Below, one piece after another: positions 12,676 to 26,592 of a DNA stretch of 64,000 nt. A model generated the notes under the pieces. It was given only the letters and a program-made list of their open reading frames with translations. It had not been told where the DNA came from and ran no database searches. Numbering within the stretch: the stretch's first letter is position 1; every line of letters starts with the position of its first letter. A program made the translations under genes and the position numbers. Origin of the DNA: the human T2T-CHM13v2.0 reference genome, Homo sapiens; assembly GCF_009914755.1 (NCBI RefSeq), contig NC_060930.1; one strand, given 5' to 3'.

Positions 12676-15600
12676 TCCAATGTCTTTTCAAAACCACCCC
12701 TGAATAGTGTTATAATGCAACCACCATCCACTTATAGTTTGCATTGAAACCATATCTAAACTCAACATGTTTTTTTGTTGTTTTTGTTGGTCATCTCCTC
12801 TATGTGGTCTCCTCTATGTCCATGGGTATGAGCTTGCCATAAAATGTATACCATGTATTTTTCCACCACTGACATTTCCCAAGCCTTAAGGTCTGCCAGA
12901 AATATGGTCCCAGCAACAGGTTTATTGTGTTGCAACTGTACCTGCAGCAGAGCCTTTCCTCCTCCAGACTTCACTAGAAGCCCTTTCCTCCTCCAGATTT
13001 CACTGGAAGCTGGCAGACTTCTGTGCTACCCAGAATGTAGGCTAGAGCCACATATCTACACATGGAATGTGTTATCTCTAGAACCCAAATGGTCCAATGA
13101 GATTCTGTGTTTCCTTCTTTTTGGTAGAAGATACATACAAAGCAATTTCTCTTTTGCTTTGACTGTGGTATCCTGGCATCCCTTGACCATTCGACCTCCT
13201 AAACACATTACTGAAAATAGGTAATCCCTGAATCTTCATAGAGTCCATCTCTCACCTTTTGGAGCTACTGTATCTTAAGGAATCCTTGCACCAATACATA
13301 CATTTTTTGCCCCATCCACTTAGCATGATACCAACAATGCCAGTATGATATTCTGCAGTATGTCCAGGCAGTCCAGATCCTTCTGGATTATATTATGACA
13401 TAGGGAGAGAGAATTTGCTTAGACATGCGGTAAAACTGTAAATAAATATTCTTTTGTGTTTCACTTAAATGTATGTTATTTATGATACTCCTTTCTCATT
13501 AGAATAGAGTATGCAAGTATACTCTATAGGAATAGAATATAGGAATATAATTGCAAATCACTGGCCATATCTCGTGTACCTGAGATCTTATTAATCTGCT
13601 CTAAAATGATACCATGTTTAGCACAACAACTGGGACCAAGGCCACTATTTAATTGATGCTGTGAGAGTCTACAGTCATTCTCCCAGGTTCATCCAGTTTC
13701 TGCAGGGCAAGACTGGTATACTTCATAAAGATATAACATGATAGGAACCACAAATCCTGCATGCTTGTGCAATATAATAGAGTTACTTACCTCAATATTT
13801 TCCCATTTCCAGGAGTTAATATTGTTTTCGATTTACTATCTTGGACAGGGCAGTTTGAGAGGTTTTTCATTCAGCTTTCCCACTATGATCACTCTTACAT
13901 CATAAGTCAGGGGAATAATGTGGGGGCTACTCCAGTTGCCAAGTATATGAATTCTAATTATATCCTTTAAAAATGGGAAAATTATCCTGGTGCATGTTCA
14001 TGAATCCAGTGAGGATACTGCGAGTTGGTCTTTGGTCAGAAGTTAAGATTCCAGTTATTCTCTGGATCCTATAAGCTCACGCTAATATGGGTGGAAGTGA
14101 AGTAATGATGCTTTGCATCTGCAGGTACCAATGTCAACTCAGATCTTTTATCTAATAACTCCCAAAATGTCTCCATGTCCCCCTTCTCCCAGTGTAGTGT
14201 ATGCTTGCAATAGCATAGTTGTGTAATATCACCTAGTGACCCAGTGGATTTCTGATTTGAAAACTACCTCAGTATTAGAAACTTGACAAGAGATCGCACA
14301 TATTACTGACATTTTCATCACTATACTTTCACTTTTTGCTTCTTGACTTTTTGATATTTTTAATGTTATAAATATTAATCTCATCTATTTTGTCCTTAGG
14401 GACACCAAGCTCTTCTAGCCATCTCTACAACTAGCTGAAGGTTAAGATCCCTTGCTTGGTCCTCTGACTTTGCCAGTATTTTAGGTAATTGTAGCCTCCT
14501 GCTTCCTGATGTTAAACTGATGCTCCCTAGCTTGTATTGCTACAGGGCTGTATTATCCATATGGGTATTAATTAGCCCAGCTCTGTGACTATTTGTCCCA
14601 TTGTCAGTACTGCACTGCAGAAGAGACACATGACAGCATCTCAGGGATGCTGGTGCCCCCTCACTAGCACTTTTCTAGTGGCCTTGGTGAATGTTGTGTT
14701 CTTTGGGCCCTCCCATGTGATATAATCTTCTGATGAGTTTTCTAGCCTAACGTTCATTCCCAATTGCCCAATTTCCTCAGCCTCTCTAATTTTCCCTTCA
14801 CTACCTTCTAGGACAACTCGGGCATTTCCACTACTTTAGGCTTTGCCAGTATCTCCTCCAGATTTCAAAGAGCTACCACCACAGCAGCAAGTTTGACCCA
14901 CCCCCGGAAACTTTTCCATAATGTCAAATTCTGTATCTTGAGAAAGTACCCCCAACCTAATACATTTTGGCTTATTCATTCTGATATTTAGGCTTTCTTT
15001 GGTCAAGCAATCTCATAACCCAATCTCAATATTACTGCTTTGATTTTTGCTTGTACATGTTACCAAATTCTTACAATCCTTTTAGAGCATAATCGTTTTC
15101 AGGACCATAATGTTCCCAGGTGAGTTATGCTTAGACTTACTCCTACTTTTCAGCCTGAGAGCTAAGAGAAGAGGTTGAGAAAGGTCTTGAGGTGATAAAA
15201 CAATGTACTTGTTTCCTGCTGGAAGAGGCCTCTGTGGTGTCTTGGAGCACAGGACGATAGTCTGGTAGAGAAAACCTGGGGTTGTAAAACATGGAATGGG
15301 TTTATCTAAAGGGATGCCTCTGAGCATGCTGGTATGCAGACCCCCGTGAGTGTTCTGGGGCTGCAAGAGTAGACCCATCTATTCCTAGTAACTTTTGGTA
15401 TGCCTTCTGTGCTTCAAGATATCCTAGTGGCTGAACACTCAAATGTCTCTTGAGCTTTGCAACTCTATTGTATTTACATCCTGTTGCTCAGCATTGTCAG
15501 CTCTTCTCCGGGGAGAAATAAGGCCTGTTTTGTAAGCTACTGTGGGGAACCCCTTACTCTCACACAAGTAGCCGTTATCTGATTATAAGTCACCCTCAGT

Positions 15601-15904
15601 TCTTATTTTTTGAAGGGAAGAGGTTAAATACAACTTGGTAGTCAGCTAACTCCACTGTAGCTGTATGCATTACTTACCCAATTATCATTCAAATGCCCAG
15701 ATGATCGCACTTGTAAAAACATTCCCCTCAACCTGAATATTTTCCAAGGCACCTTTGGTAAAATTTTTAGCAACTGGGGCCCTACTTTAGGCAAGAGACT
15801 CCCCTGCATCACCTAACAACTTAAATGGTGTTCTTTTTGCCTGTGTCTAATAAGTGAGCTGGTCCCAAATTCCAATCTTAATATCTGTTTTCACATATCC
15901 ACTT

Positions 15905-16813
15905 GTGTTTTTCTGGGTCCTCCCAAAAGTAGATGACAAGACAGGATTATATGTACAAGATTTTTTTGGATGAAATGCTAGTGAGGGAAAATAGGGAGGT
16001 ACATAATGAATGCTGTGAGAGCCATTAGATCCTGTTACAGGTCTGTTCATTGACAAGAGAAAAGAAGAAGAAAAAAGGTTGCATGGAAGACTCAGACTGC
16101 AGTGCATTTCTAAGAAATTTTCTGCAATGCCAAGTCTTTAAGCCAAAGTTGTCCATCAGAGGGGTTCTGTGTCTCACAGAAACTAGCCTACCTTATTATG
16201 CCATCTGTTTTAGTCCATTTTCTTTGCTTATAGCAGAATACCTGAAACTGCATAATTTGTAAAGAAAATAAATTTACTTCTTACAGTTATTGGAATGAGA
16301 AATTCAGGTTGCAATTTATGAGATCCTTCTTGCTGTAGGGACTTTCTGTAGAGTCCCAAGGAAGCATGGGGTATTGCACGAGGAAGGGACTGAGCATGCT
16401 AGCTCATATTTTACTTCCTTTTCTTATAAAACCACTAATTTGACTCCCATGATAATCTATTCATTCATTAACTCAGTAATCCAGTAATCCAATAACCCAT
16501 GAATGAATTAATCCATTAATTCAGTAACTAATTAATGGAGTAATCTATTCATGAAGGTAGAGCCCTCCTTACCCCACCACCCTTTTAAGGCCCCACCTCT
16601 CATTGGGGAATAGATGTCAACATACATTTTGGAAGGAACAAATATTCAAAGCATTTCACCATCTACAAACATTCACTGCCTGAGAGCAGCCCTGGAGAAG
16701 TATGGCCTCAACATCAATGTGGCAATGGAATGTAGAGTGCAGCAGCTGGGGCCATCAGTCAACTATGCAAGCACTACTATGAAGCCTGAGAGGGATATTT
16801 TCATGGGTACCAC
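15905..16813 (-). mobile_element. LTR16B-like 5' LTR, interrupted by MST LTR
   Basis: gcagcagctggggccatcagtcaactatgc ... catgggtaccaca matches the recalled LTR16B 5' end in antisense. Confidence 0.75.
16206..16658 (-). mobile_element. MSTC/MSTD MaLR solo LTR
   Basis: TG...CA termini, internal taatccat-type repeats, perfect 5-bp TSD ccatc (16201-16205, 16659-16663). Confidence 0.9.
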
Positions 16814-17938
16814 ATATTTATGCCATTTATATAAAGACATTATTTTTTAATAATATAGACAATTTTCTTTTTGCATAATGGAGGAAAGTTTTCTGACTAT
16901 CTTGGTCTATAGACACAGCTAGGATTAACCCTGTTGGTTTCATAAACATGATTAAATAGCATTTACAGTGGAAAGCACTGATGATGAGATAATAATATGA
17001 TATGTATAATAAGAGGAAGAAAAAATGATAAAATTTGATTGATGAGCTTAAAATGACAGAATGGAAGATATGCAGGTAAATGTAGCACCTAAAAATGTGA
17101 ATGGATACTAAATTTTGCTAATGCTGTTTCTGACATTTCTAAACTCAGTTTTTGTCCTTCATTTAGCAGGTCATGATATCAAAGATAAAAGAATAAAAGA
17201 ACCATTATGCATACTATATTAAGAGTTTACTTAACCTCTAATTTCAGTTATCTCAAGCTATCTAAAATAACACAAGTAAGTTATAACTTACTGGAAAGTT
17301 TATATTTTCCAAAATTAGCTCTATTTAATCGGACAAAAAATTTATCATTTCAATCTTATAATCAGAGAGTTTCTGTGTCAAATTATGTTGCATTAAACAT
17401 AAATTGTGTATTAAAATTATTTTAAGTGCAAACAAGAGGCAGTTTGTCCTGAATAAAATTCCCTTTCAACTATATGTCCTATCATACTCTGCCAAGACAC
17501 TAAAATTCTGCCCACATAGTATTTTTTTAAATAAATGCTGAAGAGCCAATTAGCCCATCTGGTATGTAAGGGAAAAAATAGAAATGAATAGATGCCTAAG
17601 TAATAGATATGGAATGAACAAGTACATATTCACTTCAGAATTCAGGTATCTCAAAAAATGTCTACAACTGGCTTTTATGAATAATATCAACTTCATTTTA
17701 TTTAGCTGAAATGCAATGGAAATTGTTCTTTCTATAAAAATATTCTAAGAGTGGTCTTAAGAGATATGGTTTTGTTATACATCTGGATGTAATATATCGC
17801 TATTGTGAAAGGATAATAACTTTGTTCTCTTAGAGGCATTTTAATAATGAATGAGCTATACATCGTTCATGTGATTTGTTTGTTTTAACAATGTGTCACC
17901 GAAGGCTTATGATCACAGAGACCCTAGGAATACATTTA

Positions 17939-18392
17939 TTTTTTTTTTCTTTTTTATTATACTTTAAGTTTTAGGGTACATGTGCACATTGTGCAGGTTA
18001 GTTACATATGTATACATGTGCCATGCTGGTGCGCTGCACCCACTAACTCATCATCTAGCATTAGATATATCTCCCAATGCTATCCCTCCCCCCTCCCCCC
18101 ACCCCACAACAGTCCCCAGAGTGTGATGTTCCCCTTCCTGTGTCCATGTGATCTCATTGTTCAGTTCCCACCTATGAGTGAGAATATGCGGTGTTTGGTT
18201 TTTTGTTCTTGTGATAGTTTACTGAGAATGATGATTTCCAATTTCATCCATGTCCCTATAAAGGACATGAACTCATCATTTTTTATGGCTGCATAGTATT
18301 CCATGGTGTATATGTGCCACATTTTCTTAATCCAGTCTATCATTGTTGGACATTTGGGTTGGTTCCAAGTCTTTGCTATTGTGAATAATGCC
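17939..18392 (-). mobile_element. 5'-truncated young L1 (L1PA2-like)
   Basis: L1 3'UTR plus ORF2 C-terminus (MWHIYTMEYYAAIK, ORF 18161-18343); GAG rather than ACA diagnostic; TSD ggaatacattta at 17927-17938 and 18393-18404. Confidence 0.95.
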
Positions 18393-19810
18393 GGAATACA
18401 TTTAAATACAGGTCATTAACGTCATAAAGAAATTGAGTTCTGGGTGCTGTATATTCTGTCTGTATGATGTTTTGATACGATGCATATAAATATTCAATGG
18501 TAACAGAGCTCACCGGCTTATGTTTCAGGATCAATGCCATAAAAGCCACTTTTCTCTACTGAAATTGATAAATACGAGATGTATACTTAATACAAATTTA
18601 TTTTTCACTATTGTAGAAGGAAACGAAAGGAGTTATATTATAATAATGTAAAGAATCTGTATAAAATGTGCAAACTTTTAGCTTTTCAAGCCGCAAATAT
18701 ACTGCTATACTAATATCAGGGTTTATTGTGGTTCCTTAGCAGAGGGCAAATTGTTTCTTTGCCTTAAAATGCACAGCTATAACAGGTACAATAACCATCG
18801 GTGGAGTAAAATTTTACTTATACAATTAAAACACCAATAAAAGATATCTTTGGGTGGACTTAGGTAGAATTATGCCAATGATTATATAATTTTATATAAA
18901 TAAATCAAAACATGAATATAGATACATATCCACAAAATTTTCGCTCTAAAATTATATTTTTACAGTAAAGGTTTTTTTGGACTAAAACTTGGCTGACAAG
19001 CTTTCAATCCATATGAGAAAGGAATTTTAAAATTAGGTATAAAAATAAAACATTGTTTAGAAAAGCATTTAAAATAAAAGAGCTTTGTAATTTTAGAATG
19101 CTTTCTTCTATTGTTTTTGAAGAAAATTCTACCCCATAAAATCATGGTTCTTAATTCAAAATGCGGTTTCTCTGTAAGCAAATTTGAATAGGTGGTAAGG
19201 ACTATTATTTAGGTAATCAAAATAAATAAACTTGTTCAAAATAAAAGTGGTTTTATTGGTTCAAATTTTTTAGAGTGAATACATAAATTAATTAAATTAG
19301 TTACAAATTTGTCCAACACTTCTCTTTGCATGAGTGGATAAAATCTGAATAATAAAATAATAAAGATATATAAATGGTATACCACAAAAATATGTGCCTC
19401 CCTACAAAGAAAGTTTGGGGGAATGTGAAACTGCACAATCATATTTTAACAAATGAGTGAGTCAAGTAAAAATAAACTAGTAAATATGCCTATAATCTTA
19501 ATAAGTCATGTCCATTACAACTGACTCCTACCCAAGGTTTTAATTTTCTTTAACCTAGGATAAAACAGAATAAATGTAACCAAATAATGTTCAAATAACT
19601 ATACTTTCAACGTTACAGAAAATTGCAAGTCAAACAGGCTCTAGGTCACACTGTTGTATTCTAAATATAAATTTAAGATTCACTTACTGTGACTCTGAAA
19701 GCATTTTCTCAGGCCAATATTTTGAAACGATTGACTCAGCCCTATTTACTTGTTAACATTGTTTCCCCTTAGGCTGCACACATACTTTTGCCAACTCTTT
19801 TTAAATCATT

Positions 19811-20178
19811 TCTTGTGGTCTGAATGTTTGTGTCCTCTAAAATTTAATGTTGAAATCCTAACCTTGAAAGACATGGTATGAAAAGGTAGAGCTCTGGGGA
19901 GGTGATTAGATCATGAAGCAGAATCCTAAGGACCGCGATTAGTGCCCTTACAAAAGAGACCCTAGAGAGCTAGTCTGCACCTACCACCATGTGAGGATAC
20001 AGTAGAAGTCAACCATCTATGAACCAGAAAGCAGGCCTTCACCTTCACTAGCCTTGAATTTGCCAGCACCTTAATCTTGGACTTCCAGCCTCCAGAACTG
20101 TCAAAAAATAAATTTCTATTATTGACAAGCTACCTAGTTTATAGCATATTTTTACAACAGTCCATATGGATTAATGCA
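19811..20178 (+). mobile_element. MLT1A0-like MaLR solo LTR
   Basis: tgaatgtttgtgtcctctaaaatttaatgttgaaatcctaacc ... ttggacttccagcctccagaactgtcaaaaaataaatttct. Confidence 0.85.
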
Positions 20179-20454
20179 CCATTGGAGTACACAGGAGAGA
20201 TCAGAGCAACATTTCTGAGTTTCAGTCCCCACTCTGTTACTTAATGGTATGTAAAATTAAGCAATGTCTCATTATTTTATTTGTGAATATTAAATTATTT
20301 TATCTACAGTCATTTTAAAATATTTATTTTTATCATTAAAATAAAAATAGCAAGCATTTTAAAGAAAACAAAGTTGGAAACAGTAATTGTTCAAAAAATT
20401 ATTTAGTGTGAAGATTTATTTAATTTCCTATTGTTTTATCAAGATATTCTTATT

Positions 20455-20565
20455 CTTGCGATAGTTTACTGGGTGCAGCGCACCAGCATGGCACATGTAT
20501 ACATTTGTAACTAACCTGCACAATGTGCACATGTACCCTAAAACTTAAAGTATAATACAAAAAAA
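20455..20565 (+). mobile_element. ~110-bp L1PA2-like insertion with 5' inversion
   Basis: TSD aagatattcttatt (20441-20454, 20566-20579); about 17 nt antisense L1, then sense L1 3' end and A tail. Confidence 0.93.
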
Positions 20566-21157
20566 AAGATATTCTTATTGAAGACTTTAGAGATTAAGTG
20601 TATAGAAAAATAATTCTGAAACACAAAAAATATAGTTACTATAGTCATATAAGATCAATGAAAAATAATATTGTTTGTTTGTTTTGTTTTTCTCTATCTA
20701 CAGATAAATAGGAAACCCTGCCATGTTGAAAGGAATACAACCCAACATGGAGTAGAAACAAGAAATCAAGATATACACTCTAGGACAAGGAGCAATAAGA
20801 ATTTGACTTAAAATGGTTATTTAGCATGTATTAGAGTTGCAACTGGATTTTATGTAGTTATGAGGGAACCCTGAAAAAAGTACCATTGAACAGAAATGAG
20901 ATTTGGTTTCAGAACTTCAGCCCAAATGCTATTAAATCTTTTGCATTTCTTGAACTATACCCCTTGTGTCTTTGTCATAATTTTCCAGAGGTCTTCTCAG
21001 TCAATATGGGTTCAGTTTACATAATCCTGTCAACTGAATAAAGTAAATATGTATTAGGCTTCTGAGTAAAGTGTAATCATAAGCATTGCATTGATATAAG
21101 ATATATAAACTCAAGGATATAAAGAAACAATTTTTTTGTTCGTTTTGTTTTGGTTTT

Positions 21158-21655
21158 GTTTTAAGTCAAAGGAAAGGTGTGGTTCAGGAGTGATAAATTG
21201 CAGCCTGGTGATCAAGAAGATTTAAAATTTATCTCAACTTTACTAAAGTCTTCCTGACTATAGGCCCCTGACCAATCTTTTCTTGGAGCACTTACTTCAG
21301 AAAAATTGCAAATGTTAATTTTTTATTTGCTGATGATGTAATATCTGTCTCAAGTATCTGGGAATCATCAATTTGAAAAGTAATAGGAAAGAAAGAACCC
21401 TTGTCTCCTAGTTTCAGTGAAATGATAGGAGTTGTAGATAAATACCAACTAGCAACACAAATGGCCTAATAACATTGCACAACCTATTTGATAACATCAT
21501 TGTCTTCCAGTACTTTTCCAGTAGCTTCCCCTGGTGCTTAAGAATTTACCCAACTTCTGTTTGAGTGGAGTGGAGTCATTCTTTCTCCTTCACAATAGTG
21601 TTGAATAAAGCCTCCCTTGACTCTTTAACTGGTCTGGTAATATTTTTCTTTAACA
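21158..21655 (+). mobile_element. ERV1-class solo LTR (MER4-group-like; subfamily uncertain)
   Basis: cccctgaccaatcttttcttggagcacttacttcagaaaaattgca ... ttgaataaagcctcccttg ... tttttctttaaca: poly-A signal and CA end. Confidence 0.6.
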
Positions 21656-22424
21656 CTGGGTAGAGATTGCTATAAAACCAACCATCTCCTCTTCCTTTGT
21701 CTCTCAGTCAATGAAAAGAAAATATAAATTGGTTAAATAAAACTGAAGAAGTAAAGAAAACACAGATTGCATTATAGCGTCTCACAAAATGATTTCTATG
21801 TGCTTTGTGATTAAACATAACTCAGCAGTCTCTTGTAGGTAGAAGATTATAGAGAAACTAAGTATCCATTTTAACTACATTTTTTCATTGTATATGCATA
21901 TATATTTAAATAACCAACATAAACAACACCCTGCTGGTGAAGTGGAAAGAGTAAAAAATCTGATGTAGTTTACTAAAGGTTTAAGAGCTAGCATTTGTGC
22001 TTGATGGCTGCCTTTTAAATAGTGTTTAAATACATACTTGAAGAGATGCATACAGATGTGCACTGCATCTAATTATTTAGTAACAGTCTACCACTGAGAG
22101 AAATTTTCCAATGTTTATAACTTTCGTTCAAAACTCTGCAAAAACAATTTTGTTCTCTTACTTGAAAAGTTTATGTACTAAAAGGAAGATTAGCATCTAA
22201 GGAGATAAGGTAAAATAAGATATGCAATAAAAATCTCGTCAAAAGAAGGGATAATGCCAGAAGAAACAGCAAGTGAGAATAGGTCAGTTTCTAAGTAGAG
22301 GTTTTCATTGTTCTATATTGTTTTCTTCTGATTATAAAATATATTTAACCTATGTTTGTGAAAAATTTGAAATGCACAGAAAATTCTAAAGAAAAAGAAA
22401 AAATATTTAGACATTAATGTAACA

Positions 22425-22640
22425 TACATGTATTGAAAAATTATGGTGTAACAAATCCTGTGTTTGACTCTGTGGACACTATAATAAATGATAATAGATG
22501 GACTCTGCCCCTAGGGACTTACATATAACAGTGGCAATAGCTGGATTAATATATATAGTGTCATATGATAATTGCACTTTGTTTTAGCTAGGCTTCCTTA
22601 GGGAGATGAATCTCAAATTATTTCTTATAAAATGGGTAGT
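22425..22640 (-). mobile_element. L2 fragment
   Basis: ctctgcccctagggacttacat ... ggcttccttagggagatga resembles L2 antisense. Confidence 0.5.
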
Positions 22641-23387
22641 GGCTGATCAGATAGAAGAACAATGTAAATAAATTTCCAAAAATTTAGTTGTACTGTATCT
22701 TTCTGTCTTTGAGTATAATACATAACTCTCATATAAATTTTCCACCAAGGTAATGCCAATGTACCTCAATATAATGCAAGATGAATGGCTAATCCCATCA
22801 TTATGAACAATCAATTTTCCAGGAGGGAAATACTGTAATACAGCCACATCTTAGAGCCATGGAAGAAGGACATTCCTCCCATTACAGACTCCTCTTGTCA
22901 TCTTGTCACGGCCTGAAGCGGAAAGGGTGGGAGCTATAAAGAAAAAGCTCTGTAAAAATCTAGGCCAGAGATTTAATTGGAAAGTTATAAGATACACCCC
23001 CTCTCCCACAATTTATCACCACACCAACATTGCATCATTGAACTAAAATAAAAGAGATGCATCACACAGACTCTTTTTCAACAAGAAGACTTAGGGAAGA
23101 CTGGAAAGGAAGTAAGCGCAAGGACACTATAGGAATTTGAAATCTCTGACACCTACAGTTGTAGGAAACATTAAATCAACTCGTAGGCAAATTAACATAA
23201 AACTTTATACTATAGTTCTACATTACTCAGTTCCTACCACCCAATGCAACATGTCTGGCTCTTAATAAAAAGTAACAAGGCTAACCAAAAAGCAAAAACA
23301 AAAATAAAAACAGAGTTTAAAGAGTCAGAACAAGATTTAGATATGACACAGGTTTTAGAACTATTGGACAAGGAAATTAAAGTAGCT

Positions 23388-23474
23388 ATTAATACATTAA
23401 TAGCTTTACCGGAGAAATTAATACATTAATAGCTTTACCGGAGAAATTAATACATTAAGGGCTTTACTGGAGAA
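23388..23474 (+). repeat. 29-bp tandem repeat x3
   Basis: attaatacattaatagctttaccggagaa twice identical plus a third copy with 3 mismatches. Confidence 0.95.
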
Positions 23475-25195
23475 AGTAGATACCATGCGAAAATAGATGG
23501 ATATTGTAGATAAAGAGATGCAAAGCTAAGGAAGGATGAGACACAAATGTTAGAAGTCAGAATCACTGTAGCAAAAATGATGAATACCTGTGATGGACCC
23601 ATTAGTAGACTAGATACAGCTGAGTTGAAAATCAGCGTGCTTAAGGTATGTCAATAGAAACTTCTGACTAAAATGTAAGTAGAACAAATGATGAAAAAGA
23701 AACCAGAACATTCAAACATTGTGTCACAATTTCAATAGATATAACATATGCCTAATTGGAATACTATTGGGAACAGAAAGAATGAAGTAGAAGAAATACT
23801 GAAAGGATAATACTTGAGAATTTTCAAAAGTTAGTGAGACACACCAAAACAAAAATACAGAATGCTAGAAAACACCGAGCAAACTAAATGCCACAAAAGC
23901 TATACTGAGTCATATTATATTAAAAATGCAGAAAAATAATATCTTAAGCTAGAAGGGGGAAAATGATTTATCTGTACAGTAACAAGAATAGAAAATTACA
24001 AAACACTTTTCAGCAGTAATCATGGAAGCAAAAAAAGTATAGTGAAATATTGAAAGTGTTGGAAGAAGACAGCAATAACATCTGAGAAGCATATATCCAG
24101 CAAAATTATACTATAAAAGTGAAGGGAAAATTAAAACCTCCTCAGGCAAACAAAGCAGGAGGTAATTCATCACCAAAAGACCTACCTTGCAAGAATTATT
24201 AAAATACTTTCTTCAGGTAGTACAAAAATGACATTTTTCAGAAACTTAACGGTACATATAGAAAGGAAGATTTTGTTATAAGATACTTGCACTGCACATA
24301 AGGTATTATAGTGCTATTTGAAGATAGACTTAGATTACCTGTAAATATAAACTGAAAACTCTGGTACAAACAATACATTTTAAAAAAATAATTTGGCTGA
24401 TATAACAGGGAAGAAGACAAAATTAAAGGAAGAAAAATTAGAAACAAATAACAAATGGAACATATATAAAACAATTACATACCATGGTAGATATTATCCC
24501 AAATGAATTAATAATTGCATCAATAATTACTTTAATTTCAAATTGTCTAAATATCCCAATTAAAAGACAGAGGTTTTCAGAGTGGTTTAAACAAAGTAAC
24601 CAACTATGTGTTTTCTACAAGAAATCCACTTTAAATATAAAGACTCTGATAGGTTAAAAGTACAGAGATGAAATACCTACTATGCAAACACTAATCAAGA
24701 GAAAGGTAGAGTAGATATATTACTCAAATTAAGCAGATTTCAGGAAAAAAAATGAAAATTATAAAAAAGAGAGGTGTTACCCGATAATAAAGAAGTCAGT
24801 TCTTCAAGAAATCCTAACAATCCTAAATATTTAAAAATCTAATAGTGGAAAATCAAAATACAAGGAAGCAAAGCCTAGTAAAACTATTAGAAGAAATACA
24901 TAAATCCATTATTTTAGGTGCACTCTTCAACATCCTCCTATCAGTAACTGTTAGATTAAACATATGGAAACAATTGAGATTTAAAATTTTTGAAAGTAAC
25001 CTTTCTAATACACTCCCCAAATTAAATGCTTAGGTATAAATCTAACAAAATGTAAGCAGGATCTACATGCAAAAAATCTACAGAATTCTGAAAAAAAGTC
25101 AAATAAAATCTAAATAAATTGAAAGATATTCCATATTCACAGAATGAAAGACTTAATTGTGAAGATGTCAATTTTTTTAAATTGATGTATACACT

Positions 25196-25574
25196 TGATA
25201 AGGTTTGGCTTTGTCCCCACCCAAAATCTCATCTTGAATTGTAATGCCCATAACCCCCACATGTCTAGGGTAGGACCAAGGTTGGAGGTAACTGGGTCAT
25301 GGAGGCAGTTTCCCCCATGCTGTTCTCATGTTAATGAATGAGTCTCTTGAGACTTGATGGTCTTATAAGATTCTGGCATTTCGCCTGCTTGCACTCATTC
25401 TGTCATGCCATCCTGTGAGGAAGGTGCCTGCTTCTCCTCTGCCTTCTGCCATGATTGTAAGTTTCCTGAAGCCTCCTCAGCAATACAGAACTGTGAGTCA
25501 ATTAAACCTCTTTCCTTTATAAAATATCCAGTCTCAGGTATTTCCTCATAGCAGAGTGAGAATGGACTAATATA
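25196..25574 (+). mobile_element. THE1D/MSTA MaLR solo LTR
   Basis: tgataaggtttggctttgtccccacccaaaatctcatcttgaattgta ... gaatggactaatata; TSD acact/acatt. Confidence 0.92.
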
Positions 25575-26275
25575 ACATTCAATGCAATCCCTCTCAACAT
25601 CCAAGAAAGCTATTTTGTGAACATAGACAAACTGATTCTAAGTTTTATATGGAAAGTAAAAGGTACTAGAATAGCCAAGAAAATAGTGAAGAATAACAAA
25701 GTTGAAGGACTTATACTTTAAGATTTCCAGGCATAGTTTATGGCTACAGATTAAAAGACAGTGTAGTATTGAAAAAATAGACACATAAGTTAAGGCAACA
25801 GATTAGAAAGAGCAGAAATAGATCCATACAAATATAGTCATCAGATGTTTAACAAAAGAGCGAAATCAATTTGATGGAGAAAGGATAGTATTTTCAACAA
25901 ATTGTGCCAGAAAATTAACAACCATATATTTGTTTAAAAGAGAGGCTTTACACTTCACAAAAATTAACTCGAAATGGACTACGGAACTAAATGTAAAATG
26001 AAAAACTGAAATATTCTTGAAGAAAACAGGAGAAAAACCTACATACCTTGGAATTGGTTGTAAGTTTCTTAATACAAACCAATAGAACAAGCTATGAAGA
26101 AAACAATAAGGAATTTATTAAAGTTAAACCTGTCTCTTATGTGAAAAGCATATTTAAAAGAAGATTTAAAAACAAGCCACAGGCTGAGAGAAAATGTTTG
26201 CAAAAACACATAGCTGATAAAGAACTTGTATGAAAACACACAAATAACTCTTAAAACTGGTTACTAAGAAAAGAA

Positions 26276-26592
26276 GGCCGTGCAATAGCTCACACCTGTA
26301 ATCTCAGCCCTTTGGGAGGCCGACAGGAGACTCACTTGAGGACAGAAATTTGAGATCAGCCTGGGCAACATAGGGAGCCCCATCTCAAAAAAATAAAAAA
26401 TAAAAAAAAATAAATTAGCCAATCATGATGGCATGCATCTGTAATCCCAGCACACTTTGGGAGGCCAAGGACAGGAGGATTGCTTGGGCCTAAGAGGAGT
26501 TTCAGGCTGCAGTGAGCTATGATCACACTATGACATTTCAACCTGTGCAACAGAGTGAGACCCAGTCTCCTAAAAACAAACAAAGGAAAAAA
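26276..26592 (+). mobile_element. AluJ (Jo-like)
   Basis: Dimeric Alu with J diagnostics (ggctgcagtgagctatgatc). Confidence 0.9.

Larger units (their letters stand above)
10650..15900 (-). mobile_element. Degenerate ERVL internal region (ERV3-16A3-like), interrupted by FAM, (CA)n and a templated insertion
   Basis: Minus strand 14111-14158 translates LLDKRSELTLVPADAK, a decayed ERVL protease motif (LLDTGSELTLIPGD); no long ORF remains; flanked by LTR16-like sequence. Confidence 0.8.

Noticed and set aside
16450-16555. Short taatccat-type repeats
   Set aside because: Normal internal feature of MSTC/MSTD LTRs
23388-23474. CRISPR-like 29-bp repeats
   Set aside because: Head-to-tail with no spacers, no cas genes, and the DNA is mammalian
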